Below, piece by piece: positions 19,471-28,939 of a stretch of DNA of 37,150 nt (the first letter of the stretch is position 1; the number at the start of each line of letters is the position of its first letter). The notes under the pieces are model-generated. The model saw only the letters and a program-made list of their open reading frames with translations, was not told the origin of the DNA and did not search any database. Position numbers and translations under genes: made by a program. The DNA comes from Promethearchaeota archaeon (lineage in GTDB: Archaea; Asgardarchaeota; Lokiarchaeia; Sigyniarchaeales; SOKP01), in contig RDOA01000037.1 of assembly GCA_011364925.1 (NCBI GenBank), positions 1 through 37,150 of the forward strand, given 5' to 3'.

Positions 19471-19821
19471 ATGGTTGTTGACGACGACCGTACAATGCTA
19501 AAACTCTACGAGTTAATGCTAGCAGAAATTGGCAACTTTTCTGTAGAATTCTCTGTTAATGGTAAAAGCGCCATAGAGAATTTTAAAAATCAAATAGAAA
19601 AACCTAAAGTGATTATTATGGACCACCGAATGCCTATAATGAACGGATTTGACGCAATGAACGAGATTTTACAGCTTGATGGAAACACGAAAATTATATT
19701 TGCGAGCGCTGATACGGCGATGAAAGATATTTCAATTTCAATGGGTGCAACAGCATTCCTAAGTAAGCCTTTTAAAATCGAGGAACTAATGAACCTCATT
19801 AATAGAGCATTAGAAGAATAA
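19471..19821 (+). CDS. Single-domain response regulator (receiver)
   Basis: VVDDD, IIMDHRMPIMNG phospho-acceptor Asp, FASA, FLSKPF. The true start may lie slightly upstream. Confidence 0.93.
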   Translation: MVVDDDRTMLKLYELMLAEIGNFSVEFSVNGKSAIENFKNQIEKPKVIIMDHRMPIMNGFDAMNEILQLDGNTKIIFASADTAMKDISISMGATAFLSKPFKIEELMNLINRALEE

Positions 19822-19842
19822 TAATAAGGAGTGTTTTGAATT

Positions 19843-21732
19843 ATGGAAAAAAGAACAGAAAGGAGACAAACATTAAAAGAGTTAGAAAAAAGGTATAAAC
19901 TATTTTATGATTATGCTCCACTTCCTTATCAATCCTTAGATGAGGATACTAATATTATAGATGTTAATCAAGCTTGGCTTGATTTTTTAGGATATGAAAA
20001 GGAAGAAGTCATTGGGAAATGTTTTGGAGAGTTTTTAGTTCTCAAAAGTCGAGAATTACTTACGTCAAGATTTTCTCATTTTAAGGAGGTTGGCGTAATT
20101 CGAGATGTGGAATACGAAATCGTAAGAAAGAACGGAAATCATAGCATAATTTGGTTAGACGGTAGAGTAGAATACGATAAAAGCGGTAAAGTCAAACAAG
20201 CACATTGTTTTTTTAAGGATATTACCGAACGTAAAAAAGCGGAAGAAGAACTAAAAGAATCTGAAGAAAAATTCAGATCAATTGCTGAGCAATCTTTTAT
20301 GAGCATATACATTATACAAGATGGGTTGTTTAAATATTTTAATCAGCGAACAACAGAAGTAAGTGGATATAGTAGAGAAGAGATTCAAAATTGGGAACCT
20401 TACGAGTACGCAAAAGTTGTTCATCCCGAAGATCGAGATTTTGTATTTGAGCAATCTAAAAAAAAGCAAGAAGGCGATAAGGATGTCATAAACAATTATC
20501 AGTATAGAATAATTAAAAAGACAGGTGAAATTGCTTGGCTTGATCTTTTTTCTAAAACAATTAATTATATGGGTAGACCTGCAGATATGGTAATGTCGGA
20601 AGATATTACTAAAAAAATAGAAGCAGAACAAAAATTAAAAGAGTCCCAAGAGAAGTATAAATATCTTTTTGATAACGCACAAGTAGGATTATACTGGTCT
20701 AGAGTAACCGATGGTAAATTCATAGAATGTAACGAGACATTTGCTAAATTATTTGGTTATGGTACAAGAGAAGCATGTTTGGCAGATTATGTCGCGACTG
20801 AGCACTATGTTAACCCTCATCAAAGGGATGAAATTTTAGATGCGATTCGTACTAATAATGAAGTACGAGGATATGAGATATTAGTCACTAAAAGAGATGG
20901 GACACCTATTTGGTTAAGCATTTCTGCCCGAATGTTTGAAAACGAGAATCGGATTGAAGGTGCTGCGATTGATATCACTAAACGGAAAAAAGCTGAACAA
21001 GAATTAGTAGAATCTGAAGAACGATACAGGAAAGCGTATGATAAGGCAGATTTCTACAAGGATTTATTGGCGCATGATGTGAGTAATATTCTTAACAACA
21101 TTAATGCTTCAGTACAATTAATTAAAGTTTGGAAGGATGATTATAATTTAACTACAAATGAAAAAGATATGTTAAATATCATCAGACAACAACTAAAAAG
21201 AGGTGCGTCTTTAGTTTCAAACGTACGAAAGCTTTCAGAGATAGAAGAAAGTGAAATAGTTGTGAATCCAATCGATGTAAGAGACATAATAGAGAGGTCG
21301 ATCGAAGAGGTTCGCTCAAGATTCCATGAAAAGGATATGGAAATAAACCTTAATACTGCAGAAGATAATATCAAAGCTATTGGGGGTGAACTTCTAATTG
21401 ATGCCTTCGAAAATTTATTAATCAATGGTGTGATTCACAACGACAGCGAGAAAATAAGGCTGTGGATTGATATTTATAAAGTGAAGGAAGAAGGAAACCA
21501 TTATATAAAGATTGAATTTAAAGATAATGGTCTAGGAATAATTGACGAGCGAAAAACAGCTATCTTTAAGCGAAACTATAAACAAGACAGGAGTACGGGT
21601 GGAATGGGGATAGGTTTGTCCTTAGTGAAAACCATAATTACTAATTACGACGGGAAAGTTTGGGTTGAAAATAGGTTAACAAGAGATTATACGCAAGGCT
21701 CTAATTTTGTTATACTGTTAAAAGAAGGTTAA
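19843..21732 (+). CDS. Cytoplasmic PAS-domain sensor histidine kinase (3 PAS/PAC)
   Basis: DITERKKAE/DITKK/DITKRKKAE PAC ends, H-box LLAHDVSN, N-box FENLLING, DNGLGI, GMGIGL. Preceded by AGGAG SD. Confidence 0.93.
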   Translation: MEKRTERRQTLKELEKRYKLFYDYAPLPYQSLDEDTNIIDVNQAWLDFLGYEKEEVIGKCFGEFLVLKSRELLTSRFSHFKEVGVIRDVEYEIVRKNGNHSIIWLDGRVEYDKSGKVKQAHCFFKDITERKKAEEELKESEEKFRSIAEQSFMSIYIIQDGLFKYFNQRTTEVSGYSREEIQNWEPYEYAKVVHPEDRDFVFEQSKKKQEGDKDVINNYQYRIIKKTGEIAWLDLFSKTINYMGRPADMVMSEDITKKIEAEQKLKESQEKYKYLFDNAQVGLYWSRVTDGKFIECNETFAKLFGYGTREACLADYVATEHYVNPHQRDEILDAIRTNNEVRGYEILVTKRDGTPIWLSISARMFENENRIEGAAIDITKRKKAEQELVESEERYRKAYDKADFYKDLLAHDVSNILNNINASVQLIKVWKDDYNLTTNEKDMLNIIRQQLKRGASLVSNVRKLSEIEESEIVVNPIDVRDIIERSIEEVRSRFHEKDMEINLNTAEDNIKAIGGELLIDAFENLLINGVIHNDSEKIRLWIDIYKVKEEGNHYIKIEFKDNGLGIIDERKTAIFKRNYKQDRSTGGMGIGLSLVKTIITNYDGKVWVENRLTRDYTQGSNFVILLKEG

Positions 21733-22619
21733 GTTTGTGATAAAAGTTCAATTAAAGCCCTAGGAATTTCCTTATAATCGTTAACTGCTAAGAATTTACC
21801 TTGTCCAACTCGAGCTATTTCTCGGCACGTATCAATGCCTCTTTCTGCATCGTTCTCAGCAGGTATAGCAATGACATGTAATTTTGGATATCTTTTTGCC
21901 GATTCAATGGGGTCATTCCCTCTATTATAATTTCCGTCACTAATTAGTATCCCAAAATTGTGTCTTGTCTTTTCTTTAATTTTATTTAATTCTTTTAAAC
22001 CCATTTCTAGCCCGATATTAATGTTTGTAAAGCCTACTGCTTCAGAGTCAAGAATTTCATCTATAATTTTTATAACAGGTTTATTCTCGTCTATTTTTTT
22101 AAGAATCATAGCCGTTGAATTGAAAAGAATAATACCATACCTTTCTTTGTCCATATTATACGCTAAAACTGATGTAGTAAGAGCAGCATTAAGTAAAAGC
22201 TTCCCATACATACTTCCACTCGTATCTAAGATCATGACAATATTTCTCTTTTGCTTTTTTCTTTGGATTCCAAAAATATCTTTGTAAGTTAGAGTTTTTT
22301 TATAGATATTTAGTGGATTGTGTTGAATTGTTTCATCTATATCAAACTCTGGAGTTCCTATCCGATAATTAGGGACCACTTTTTTAAAATTCCCACGAAT
22401 TCCTTTGCTTGTAATTTTTAATGATGTTTTTAAGATGCTCTGTCTTGCTAACCGTTTAAAAATGTACTTGTATTTCTCTGAAATTGGTCGTCTTATAAAA
22501 AAATACACTTCTGCCATCGAGGTTTCAGAGTCTTTTGCTTTTTCCGAAAAGAATTTTACCCCCTCGTCGCAATTTAATGCGTCAGTTGCTGCGTATACAT
22601 TTGATTTAAGTAACCCCAT
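21729..22619 (-). CDS. von Willebrand factor A domain protein (CoxE/ChlD C-terminal-like); the frame stays open without a start codon up to 22856
   Basis: MIDAS DTSGSM, GFTNI, ISDG, and FDIDETI upstream of the vWA domain. Downstream of and co-oriented with the MoxR ATPase. Confidence 0.9.
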   Translation of the reverse strand: MGLLKSNVYAATDALNCDEGVKFFSEKAKDSETSMAEVYFFIRRPISEKYKYIFKRLARQSILKTSLKITSKGIRGNFKKVVPNYRIGTPEFDIDETIQHNPLNIYKKTLTYKDIFGIQRKKQKRNIVMILDTSGSMYGKLLLNAALTTSVLAYNMDKERYGIILFNSTAMILKKIDENKPVIKIIDEILDSEAVGFTNINIGLEMGLKELNKIKEKTRHNFGILISDGNYNRGNDPIESAKRYPKLHVIAIPAENDAERGIDTCREIARVGQGKFLAVNDYKEIPRALIELLSQT

Positions 22620-22840
22620 TATCGCTTCGAGATTTTTATGTTGAATCGATAAATAAGTTAACTCTTTAATCTGTTTGTAGTCTAAACTGTTCGCTAAATG
22701 TTGATAATAATCGGGCTTTTTCTTTTTCTTTCGAATAATTTCGTATCGGAGTATTTTTTCGTCGGGAATCCTTTCCGTAAGTCTTACATGGAGCCTTTTA
22801 TTCTCAATCTCCTCGGAATCTACCGCAGAGAAATCATCGA

Positions 22841-23713
22841 TTATTGAAAATCCGCTTTATTTAGAACGGATAGCACAATTCCTGCAATTATATCTTCTTT
22901 TGAACTAGTGGTACCATCCTCAAGTTCAATCTTGTTATACAGCGCCATAATTGCGATATTGACCCAATTCTTCGTACTTTTTATATTTTCTGTCTTAAAT
23001 GCTAGTTGAGCCAAATCAATCGCGCCTCGTATTGAACTACCTCTTCTAATCGATGTATGATTCCTTGATCGATCAACTATCTTTTGAGAAATTTGGGCAA
23101 TTTTATCTCCATTAGAATCGTTTAGAATAGCTTCCTGCTTGATGATAAGAATTTCCTCTTCAGCGGATTGAAAACCCAGGTTAATCCAGATGAACCTATC
23201 TTTTAAAGCTTCTCCAATAACAGTAACGCCAACATGCGCTGCAGGATTCTGAGTAGCAATTACAAAGAATTTCTCGTGAGCCTTGATCGTCTTTAGTTTA
23301 GGAATTTCTAAAATACCCTCGTCTAACGCTGTTAAAAGTGAATTTTGGGTGCTCTCAGGCATTCTATTAATTTCGTTAACGAAAAGACATCCTCCTTTTA
23401 ACATAGAGGAAGCAAGCGGTCCATAGATATACGAATCTTCTAAATACCCTTTTGAAATCACTAACGGAGGATCAAAATAACCTACTAAATTATGAGGTAA
23501 TGTTTCCTCAGAACAATCGATCCGTGTAAAGTTTGTGTCGTAATACGAAGCTATCGCTTTTGCGATTCGAGTTTTTCCTACCCCTACTTCACCCTCAATA
23601 AGAATGTTTTTATTGACAAGTCGTGCTAAAATAATTTTCTCTAACTCTTCGGTTCGACCAATAACTTTATATCTTTTTTGTATTTCTTTTACAATCTCAG
23701 ATGCGTTTAGCAT
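22841..23713 (-). CDS. MoxR-family AAA+ ATPase
   Basis: VIGR, Walker A GEVGVGKT, Walker B LFVNEINR, QNSLL, IATQNP, EALKDRF, SSIRGAI. Confidence 0.92.
   Translation of the reverse strand: MLNASEIVKEIQKRYKVIGRTEELEKIILARLVNKNILIEGEVGVGKTRIAKAIASYYDTNFTRIDCSEETLPHNLVGYFDPPLVISKGYLEDSYIYGPLASSMLKGGCLFVNEINRMPESTQNSLLTALDEGILEIPKLKTIKAHEKFFVIATQNPAAHVGVTVIGEALKDRFIWINLGFQSAEEEILIIKQEAILNDSNGDKIAQISQKIVDRSRNHTSIRRGSSIRGAIDLAQLAFKTENIKSTKNWVNIAIMALYNKIELEDGTTSSKEDIIAGIVLSVLNKADFQ
22847..22853 (-). other. Candidate -1 ribosomal frameshift slippery heptamer G_GAT_TTT
   Basis: Lies in the last codons of moxR (GCG GAT TTT CAA TAA). The -1 frame opens just after a TAA at 22859-22857 and runs in frame into the vWA ORF. 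Confidence 0.6.
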
Positions 23714-23821
23714 GATTTTAATAATATCGCATCTCTAAAAAATTGCACCTATGATTCATTTAGGATTTATTAAAGCCAAGAAGAAATTTTTAAAAAGAAA
23801 GGATATCAATTTAACCTAATA

Positions 23822-25876
23822 ATGCTAACAAAATCTACTTCTAGTAATCAGAAAAAAAATCATCGCTGTTTTGGATTGACATTCTCTTTATCTATACTTG
23901 TTATGCTGTTAATGTCAATCGTCTTAGCGCCTTTCAATATTAACAATCAATCCTTACCCGCGATATCTACCAGTAGTGAAAATTTTGACATCTTAAAATT
24001 TTGGGATACTGAAATGGCTCGCGTGAATAACACTCCATTAAGTATAGTTTATGGGAATAATAGGACCATAGAACACTCTGTCTCTTATACTAGTGTAAAA
24101 TATGAACTAAATGCTCAAGATATCTCTTTTGTTTCCCCTAATTGGGTGGGAGCAAACCCCCAGAATCTTATAATCCGTGGTGTTCTGCTTTATCCCGACG
24201 AAGTCAAGAGTAGTAATCCGGGAGTTTTATGCATGCATGGATTAAATGGCAACTTTGAGGATGCTTTTGATTTAGCAATACCTTACTTAGAAAAAGGCTT
24301 TGTAGTGTTATGCCATTCTCATCCCGGTCACGGGAATTCTGAGGGAGCAGAACCCAAACCAAGTAATCTTTATTATATAGGTGCATATAACAAGTCAGCT
24401 CATTTCTATCTCACTTTATGTGCGGCAATTCAAGGATTACGAGTTCTTGAATCCCTCTCATTCGTAAATAACTCGCAAATAATGGTCACAGGAAAATCCT
24501 ATGGTGGATTAAACGCTATGTGGCTAGCGGGAATTGCGGGGGAGAGAATTGCGGGCGTTTCAGTGTATATAGCAATAGGCGACATTGCTAAAGATTTACA
24601 GTATCCGGAAAAACTGATTTTCTGGGTATTGGGAAAAAGTCCTAAACAAATTCCGGATTCATATTTAACAAATCAACTCTTAAGATTCGATCCGATTTAC
24701 TATTTAAAATCTCCTGAAGTTCCCCCAATTATGTGGCAAATAGGAACAAACGACGATTTTTTTCATTATAGCTTAATAAGAGGAACTTACGATGCTGTGC
24801 AGCATCGCTCAAAATATCTCCAAATTTTTCCTAACGAGCACCACGGTTTTCCAGGATTTGAGGGTGCTGTTAAATATTTCATTGATTATGTTGTAAATAG
24901 GGGTTCGGAACCACCTCGCTTAAACATAACTAACATTTATAAAAGCCAAGATCTTCGAGGAGATAATTATCACATCTCTATAGAATTAAATTCCACCGAA
25001 GAAGTCAAGTCAGTGCAAATTGTTTACAAGTTTACTGATATTATTGGAACATGCTGGACACGAAAGAATTTAATCAATGTCGATGAGAATATCTGGGATG
25101 GAGAAGTAAATCCTACTCTTTTCAATTCTAATCTGGATTATTATATAATAATTAATTTAAAAAATGGTAGTAATGTTTGGTTTTCTTCAAATATTTTTTC
25201 AGGTGGGTTTATGAGAACCAATCTTGCTATCCCCTTTACAATATTAGTTTCCTTACTAGTGGTTATTCCAATTGCAGTAGCTATCCGAAGAAAGATTCGA
25301 AAGTTAGCTCAATTCGATTCAGAAGTAAGAATTAAGGCGAATTATAGTATTTTCTTCGAGGTTACAATGGTTTTTCTATTAGAATTTGTGTACTACCTCT
25401 CACTTTTATTACCATGGATTGTTTATGAAAGTGGAGGGGTTTCATTTAACCACATTTACTTTTTCAATAATGTCTACACGTGGAAGTTAAATGTTGGCGA
25501 GATTGCCCCATTTTTGACTGCGATCTTTTTTATCGCCTCAATAATTAACACTCAGTTAAGTTTCATTAATTTAAGGCTATCAGCACTACTCAAATTAATA
25601 TATCCAACCTTGATTTTAGGTTTTATTAGCGTTACGCCTTTCATTTCGGGAGCCTTAGATCCTTCTAGTTTGGCATATAATTTTGGGATTACATTTCCGG
25701 GAATCGGACCTTTCTTAATGATAATATCCGCCATCTCACTATTTATTCTTGGTAGATGGGAACATAGAAAAAAAATATCGTTAGGGTTGTCGAAAAAAAG
25801 AAAACTAAGTTGGAATAACTTTAAAGAGAAAACTAGGAGCACAATCAAAACCACATTAATAAGAATATATAAGTAG
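23822..25876 (+). CDS. Membrane-anchored alpha/beta serine hydrolase (acetyl-xylan-esterase/peptidase-like) with C-terminal TM region
   Basis: N-terminal TM segment, PGVLCMHG, nucleophile GKSYGG, GTNDDFF (Asp), NEHHGF (His), about 5 C-terminal TM helices. Confidence 0.8.
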   Translation: MLTKSTSSNQKKNHRCFGLTFSLSILVMLLMSIVLAPFNINNQSLPAISTSSENFDILKFWDTEMARVNNTPLSIVYGNNRTIEHSVSYTSVKYELNAQDISFVSPNWVGANPQNLIIRGVLLYPDEVKSSNPGVLCMHGLNGNFEDAFDLAIPYLEKGFVVLCHSHPGHGNSEGAEPKPSNLYYIGAYNKSAHFYLTLCAAIQGLRVLESLSFVNNSQIMVTGKSYGGLNAMWLAGIAGERIAGVSVYIAIGDIAKDLQYPEKLIFWVLGKSPKQIPDSYLTNQLLRFDPIYYLKSPEVPPIMWQIGTNDDFFHYSLIRGTYDAVQHRSKYLQIFPNEHHGFPGFEGAVKYFIDYVVNRGSEPPRLNITNIYKSQDLRGDNYHISIELNSTEEVKSVQIVYKFTDIIGTCWTRKNLINVDENIWDGEVNPTLFNSNLDYYIIINLKNGSNVWFSSNIFSGGFMRTNLAIPFTILVSLLVVIPIAVAIRRKIRKLAQFDSEVRIKANYSIFFEVTMVFLLEFVYYLSLLLPWIVYESGGVSFNHIYFFNNVYTWKLNVGEIAPFLTAIFFIASIINTQLSFINLRLSALLKLIYPTLILGFISVTPFISGALDPSSLAYNFGITFPGIGPFLMIISAISLFILGRWEHRKKISLGLSKKRKLSWNNFKEKTRSTIKTTLIRIYK

Positions 25877-25894
25877 AAAAGGTTGGTGATATAC

Positions 25895-27148
25895 TTAGGG
25901 GTAAAGATAAACCAACACATTATCGCCTTTTTTCATTCCTTCCATTTCCTCAGATATCTCTACAATTCCGTCAGATTGAGTCAATGAACTTATAACGCCA
26001 GAACCTTTTAATTTAACTGGTAACGCAAGAACTTTCGATCCTTTCTTTTCAAGCTTTACTCTTAAAAAATGAATATATCCCATTTGTCCTACGGGTACAT
26101 CTTGGCTCATTTCAGCTATGATTTCTATTCTTGGATCTAAATTAGAGCATCCTAGCATCTTCCTGATTGTAATTCCAACTATTGATAAAAAACAAACATA
26201 AGCAGCTACAGGTGTTCCTGGTAAACAAAAAATAAGTGATTGTTTTAACGATCCGATTAAGATGGGGGAACCCGGTCGCATTGCAATTCCATGAACTAAC
26301 ACCTCACCACATTCATGTACTATCTCGGGTAAAAAATCTTTAGTTCCAACCGAAGTTCCACCAGTAAAGATGATAATTTGAGAATCTGTAGAAGATAGAA
26401 GTAAATTTTTTTTAATTTCAGCCTTATCATCTTTAAGGCTTAATTTTCTTACAACTTGCCCCCCATAAGTTTCTACTAAACTGGAAATCATAGGACTGTT
26501 AGAGTTGTATATTTTGTTTATTGGGAGAGGGTTACCCGTTTCTATTAACTCGTCTCCTACAGCGAATATGCTAACCAAAGGCTTTTCTTTTACCTTCAGA
26601 ACATTAAATCCTAAGGAAGATAGAAGAGCGATATGAGAAGCTTTTATTTTAATACCTGATTTTAAAATTTCTGTTCCTCGAGGGATATCTTCACCTTTTT
26701 TAGACACATTTTTTCCTGGAACTACGGAGGTATAGAAAGATATTTCATTCTTGTCAATTTTAGTATCTTCTATCTTTACAACTGAATCAGAACCATTTGG
26801 TATTGCAGCCCCAGTTGATATTCTAATTGCTTGTCCAGGTTCAACTGCAAGATCGGATTGTTCTCCAATCTCGATGGTACCAATCTTTTTAATTTTTTTC
26901 GGATTACTAAGAGATGCTCCAAAAGTATCTTCAGCTCTAACTGCATATCCGTCCATCGCAGATCTGTTAAATGGGGGGATGTCTATCGCACTTATTATGT
27001 TCTCTCCCAATATTCGGTCTAATGCTTTTGATGTTTCTACTTCAATTAGAGAAGTTGATGTTGTTAAACTCGCGATTCTTTTCAACGCATCATCTAATAA
27101 TGTCAATTTTGAAAATCCAATTTTTTTAAGATCTTTCAAGATTTTCAC
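25895..27148 (-). CDS. moeA: Molybdopterin molybdo/tungstotransferase MoeA (copy A)
   Basis: PPFNRSAMDGYAV, ISTGAAIP, GDEL, NSN, TGGTSVG, HGIAMRPG, LPGTP. The GTG start overlaps the moaB stop. Confidence 0.95.
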   Translation of the reverse strand: MKILKDLKKIGFSKLTLLDDALKRIASLTTSTSLIEVETSKALDRILGENIISAIDIPPFNRSAMDGYAVRAEDTFGASLSNPKKIKKIGTIEIGEQSDLAVEPGQAIRISTGAAIPNGSDSVVKIEDTKIDKNEISFYTSVVPGKNVSKKGEDIPRGTEILKSGIKIKASHIALLSSLGFNVLKVKEKPLVSIFAVGDELIETGNPLPINKIYNSNSPMISSLVETYGGQVVRKLSLKDDKAEIKKNLLLSSTDSQIIIFTGGTSVGTKDFLPEIVHECGEVLVHGIAMRPGSPILIGSLKQSLIFCLPGTPVAAYVCFLSIVGITIRKMLGCSNLDPRIEIIAEMSQDVPVGQMGYIHFLRVKLEKKGSKVLALPVKLKGSGVISSLTQSDGIVEISEEMEGMKKGDNVLVYLYP

Positions 27149-27681
27149 TCTTTTTTATTTATCATATAAATTGTATGCCTAATTTCTGGTAGAATCAATT
27201 TATTCAAAGCCAATCCAACAGCATTGGGAGAACCGGGTAATAAAAAGATCGCTTTATCTTTAATTTTACCAGCTAATGCTCTAGAAAGCATCGAAGATGG
27301 CCCAATATCCTTGTAAGAAAGATATCTGAATAATTCTCCAAATCCATCTATTATTTTTTCTAAAAGTGGTTTAATCACTTCGTAAGTTATATCCTTTGGT
27401 GTTAATCCTGTCCCCCCGCTAAAAAGAATAGCATTCAGAGTAGGATTACTTAACAACTTATTTACGGTCTCTAAGATCTGATTTTCGTTGTCTGAGATTA
27501 TTTCTGAATATGTTAAAAACACACCGGGAAATTGATCTATGATTTGCTGCACTAACGGAATGGTCTTATCTGAGCTTATCTCCTTTTTTTGTAACTCATT
27601 GTATTTTGAAGTACTTACTATGATTAAAGCAATATTTACAAGTTCAGGCCCCTTTTTTTTATGTTCTTCATGAACTTTCAT
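27145..27681 (-). CDS. moaB: Molybdopterin adenylyltransferase MoaB/MogA
   Basis: SGGTGLTPKDITYE, GFGELFR, MLSRALAG, LPGSPNAV. Confidence 0.93.
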   Translation of the reverse strand: MKVHEEHKKKGPELVNIALIIVSTSKYNELQKKEISSDKTIPLVQQIIDQFPGVFLTYSEIISDNENQILETVNKLLSNPTLNAILFSGGTGLTPKDITYEVIKPLLEKIIDGFGELFRYLSYKDIGPSSMLSRALAGKIKDKAIFLLPGSPNAVGLALNKLILPEIRHTIYMINKKE

Positions 27682-28907
27682 TAAAAGAAATACACCCTTC
27701 TTTTTTCTCCTTCTTCAATAATTGATTCTAATTCATCTATTTCAACATAGCCATCGGCATAAAACATTGTACTGATTGCTTCTGAACCAGTTTTTACAGG
27801 AAAAATCTTATTCACACCATTGACATTTTTAATTTGGACGGGTTTAAATTCGTGACGTCCTATTGGGCTATATATTCTTTCTCCAACTTCTAATTGCTTA
27901 GAATAAGTTTCTTTTAAAGGGTACCCCGTATTTTTTCTTAGAAAATTGTCGATAAATACATAAAAACAGCTTAATGCTGAAGTTGGATATCCTGGGAGTA
28001 TAAAGATAATCTTACTGCCAAACTTTGTAAATATTATTGGTTTGCCCGGTTTAATCCTAACACCATGCACCATAACTTCTTTGTCTTTGTATTCTTCTAA
28101 AACTTTAGGACCTAAATCACCTTCGCCTTTAGATGTTCCTCCAGACATAATAACAATGTCACTATAATCTAAGGCTTTGTCGATTGCACATTTCAACTCA
28201 TTAAAATCGTCTTTCAGGATTCCAAAGAATTCTACAGATGCTCCTGTATTTTCAATTGCTTGGCTTAGAATCTTTGAATTCACTTCGTAAATCTTACCTA
28301 TGTCTAATTCTCTACCATTATCGCTGACAAGCTCATTTCCAGTGCTTATAAGTCCTACTTTTAATTTCTTATAGACAAGGACTTTTCTAATTCCACATGA
28401 AGCTAAAACTCCAAGAGTAGCTAAATCGATCATTCGATTTCTCTTAACAATAATTTCATTTTTCTTAATATCGTGTCCTACTTCTATTATATGAGTGCCA
28501 GGAGTTATAGCTTTAGATATAAGTATCTTTTCTCCTGCTTTTTCAGAAAACTCAACCATTACCACACCATCAGCATTTTTTGGAATTGCTGCCCCAGTAG
28601 CGACATAAGAACATTGGCCTTTAAATAATGCTTTCTGCGGTTTTTCCCCAGCAGGAATTGTCTCGATTAATTTCAATTCAATTAAATTATCCTCTTCAGC
28701 AGGAAATGTATCTTCTGCAATAACTGCGTAGCCATCCATTCTTGATTTACGGAAATGGGGTACATCAATCGGACTTACAACATCTTCGAATAACACTCTA
28801 TTATATGCTTCCTCGAGGGCAACGATTTCCTCTTTTAGTTCTATTTTTGGTATAGAGTCTAGTAATGTTTTAAACTCTTCAACTTTAATGGTTTGTAAAA
28901 ATTTCAT
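27681..28907 (-). CDS. moeA: Molybdopterin molybdo/tungstotransferase MoeA (copy B)
   Basis: PHFRKSRMDGYAV, ATGAAIP, STGNEL, SGGTSKGEGD, HGVRIKPGKP, LPGYPTS. Confidence 0.95.
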   Translation of the reverse strand: MKFLQTIKVEEFKTLLDSIPKIELKEEIVALEEAYNRVLFEDVVSPIDVPHFRKSRMDGYAVIAEDTFPAEEDNLIELKLIETIPAGEKPQKALFKGQCSYVATGAAIPKNADGVVMVEFSEKAGEKILISKAITPGTHIIEVGHDIKKNEIIVKRNRMIDLATLGVLASCGIRKVLVYKKLKVGLISTGNELVSDNGRELDIGKIYEVNSKILSQAIENTGASVEFFGILKDDFNELKCAIDKALDYSDIVIMSGGTSKGEGDLGPKVLEEYKDKEVMVHGVRIKPGKPIIFTKFGSKIIFILPGYPTSALSCFYVFIDNFLRKNTGYPLKETYSKQLEVGERIYSPIGRHEFKPVQIKNVNGVNKIFPVKTGSEAISTMFYADGYVEIDELESIIEEGEKRRVYFF

Positions 28908-28939
28908 CTGTTAAAATCCTAATAAGTAATTTTTTTAAT

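Noticed and set aside
21729-21732. 4-nt overlap of convergent kinase and vWA gene ends
   Set aside because: Shared TTAA stop overlaps are common in compact AT-rich genomes, and no functional link is implied.
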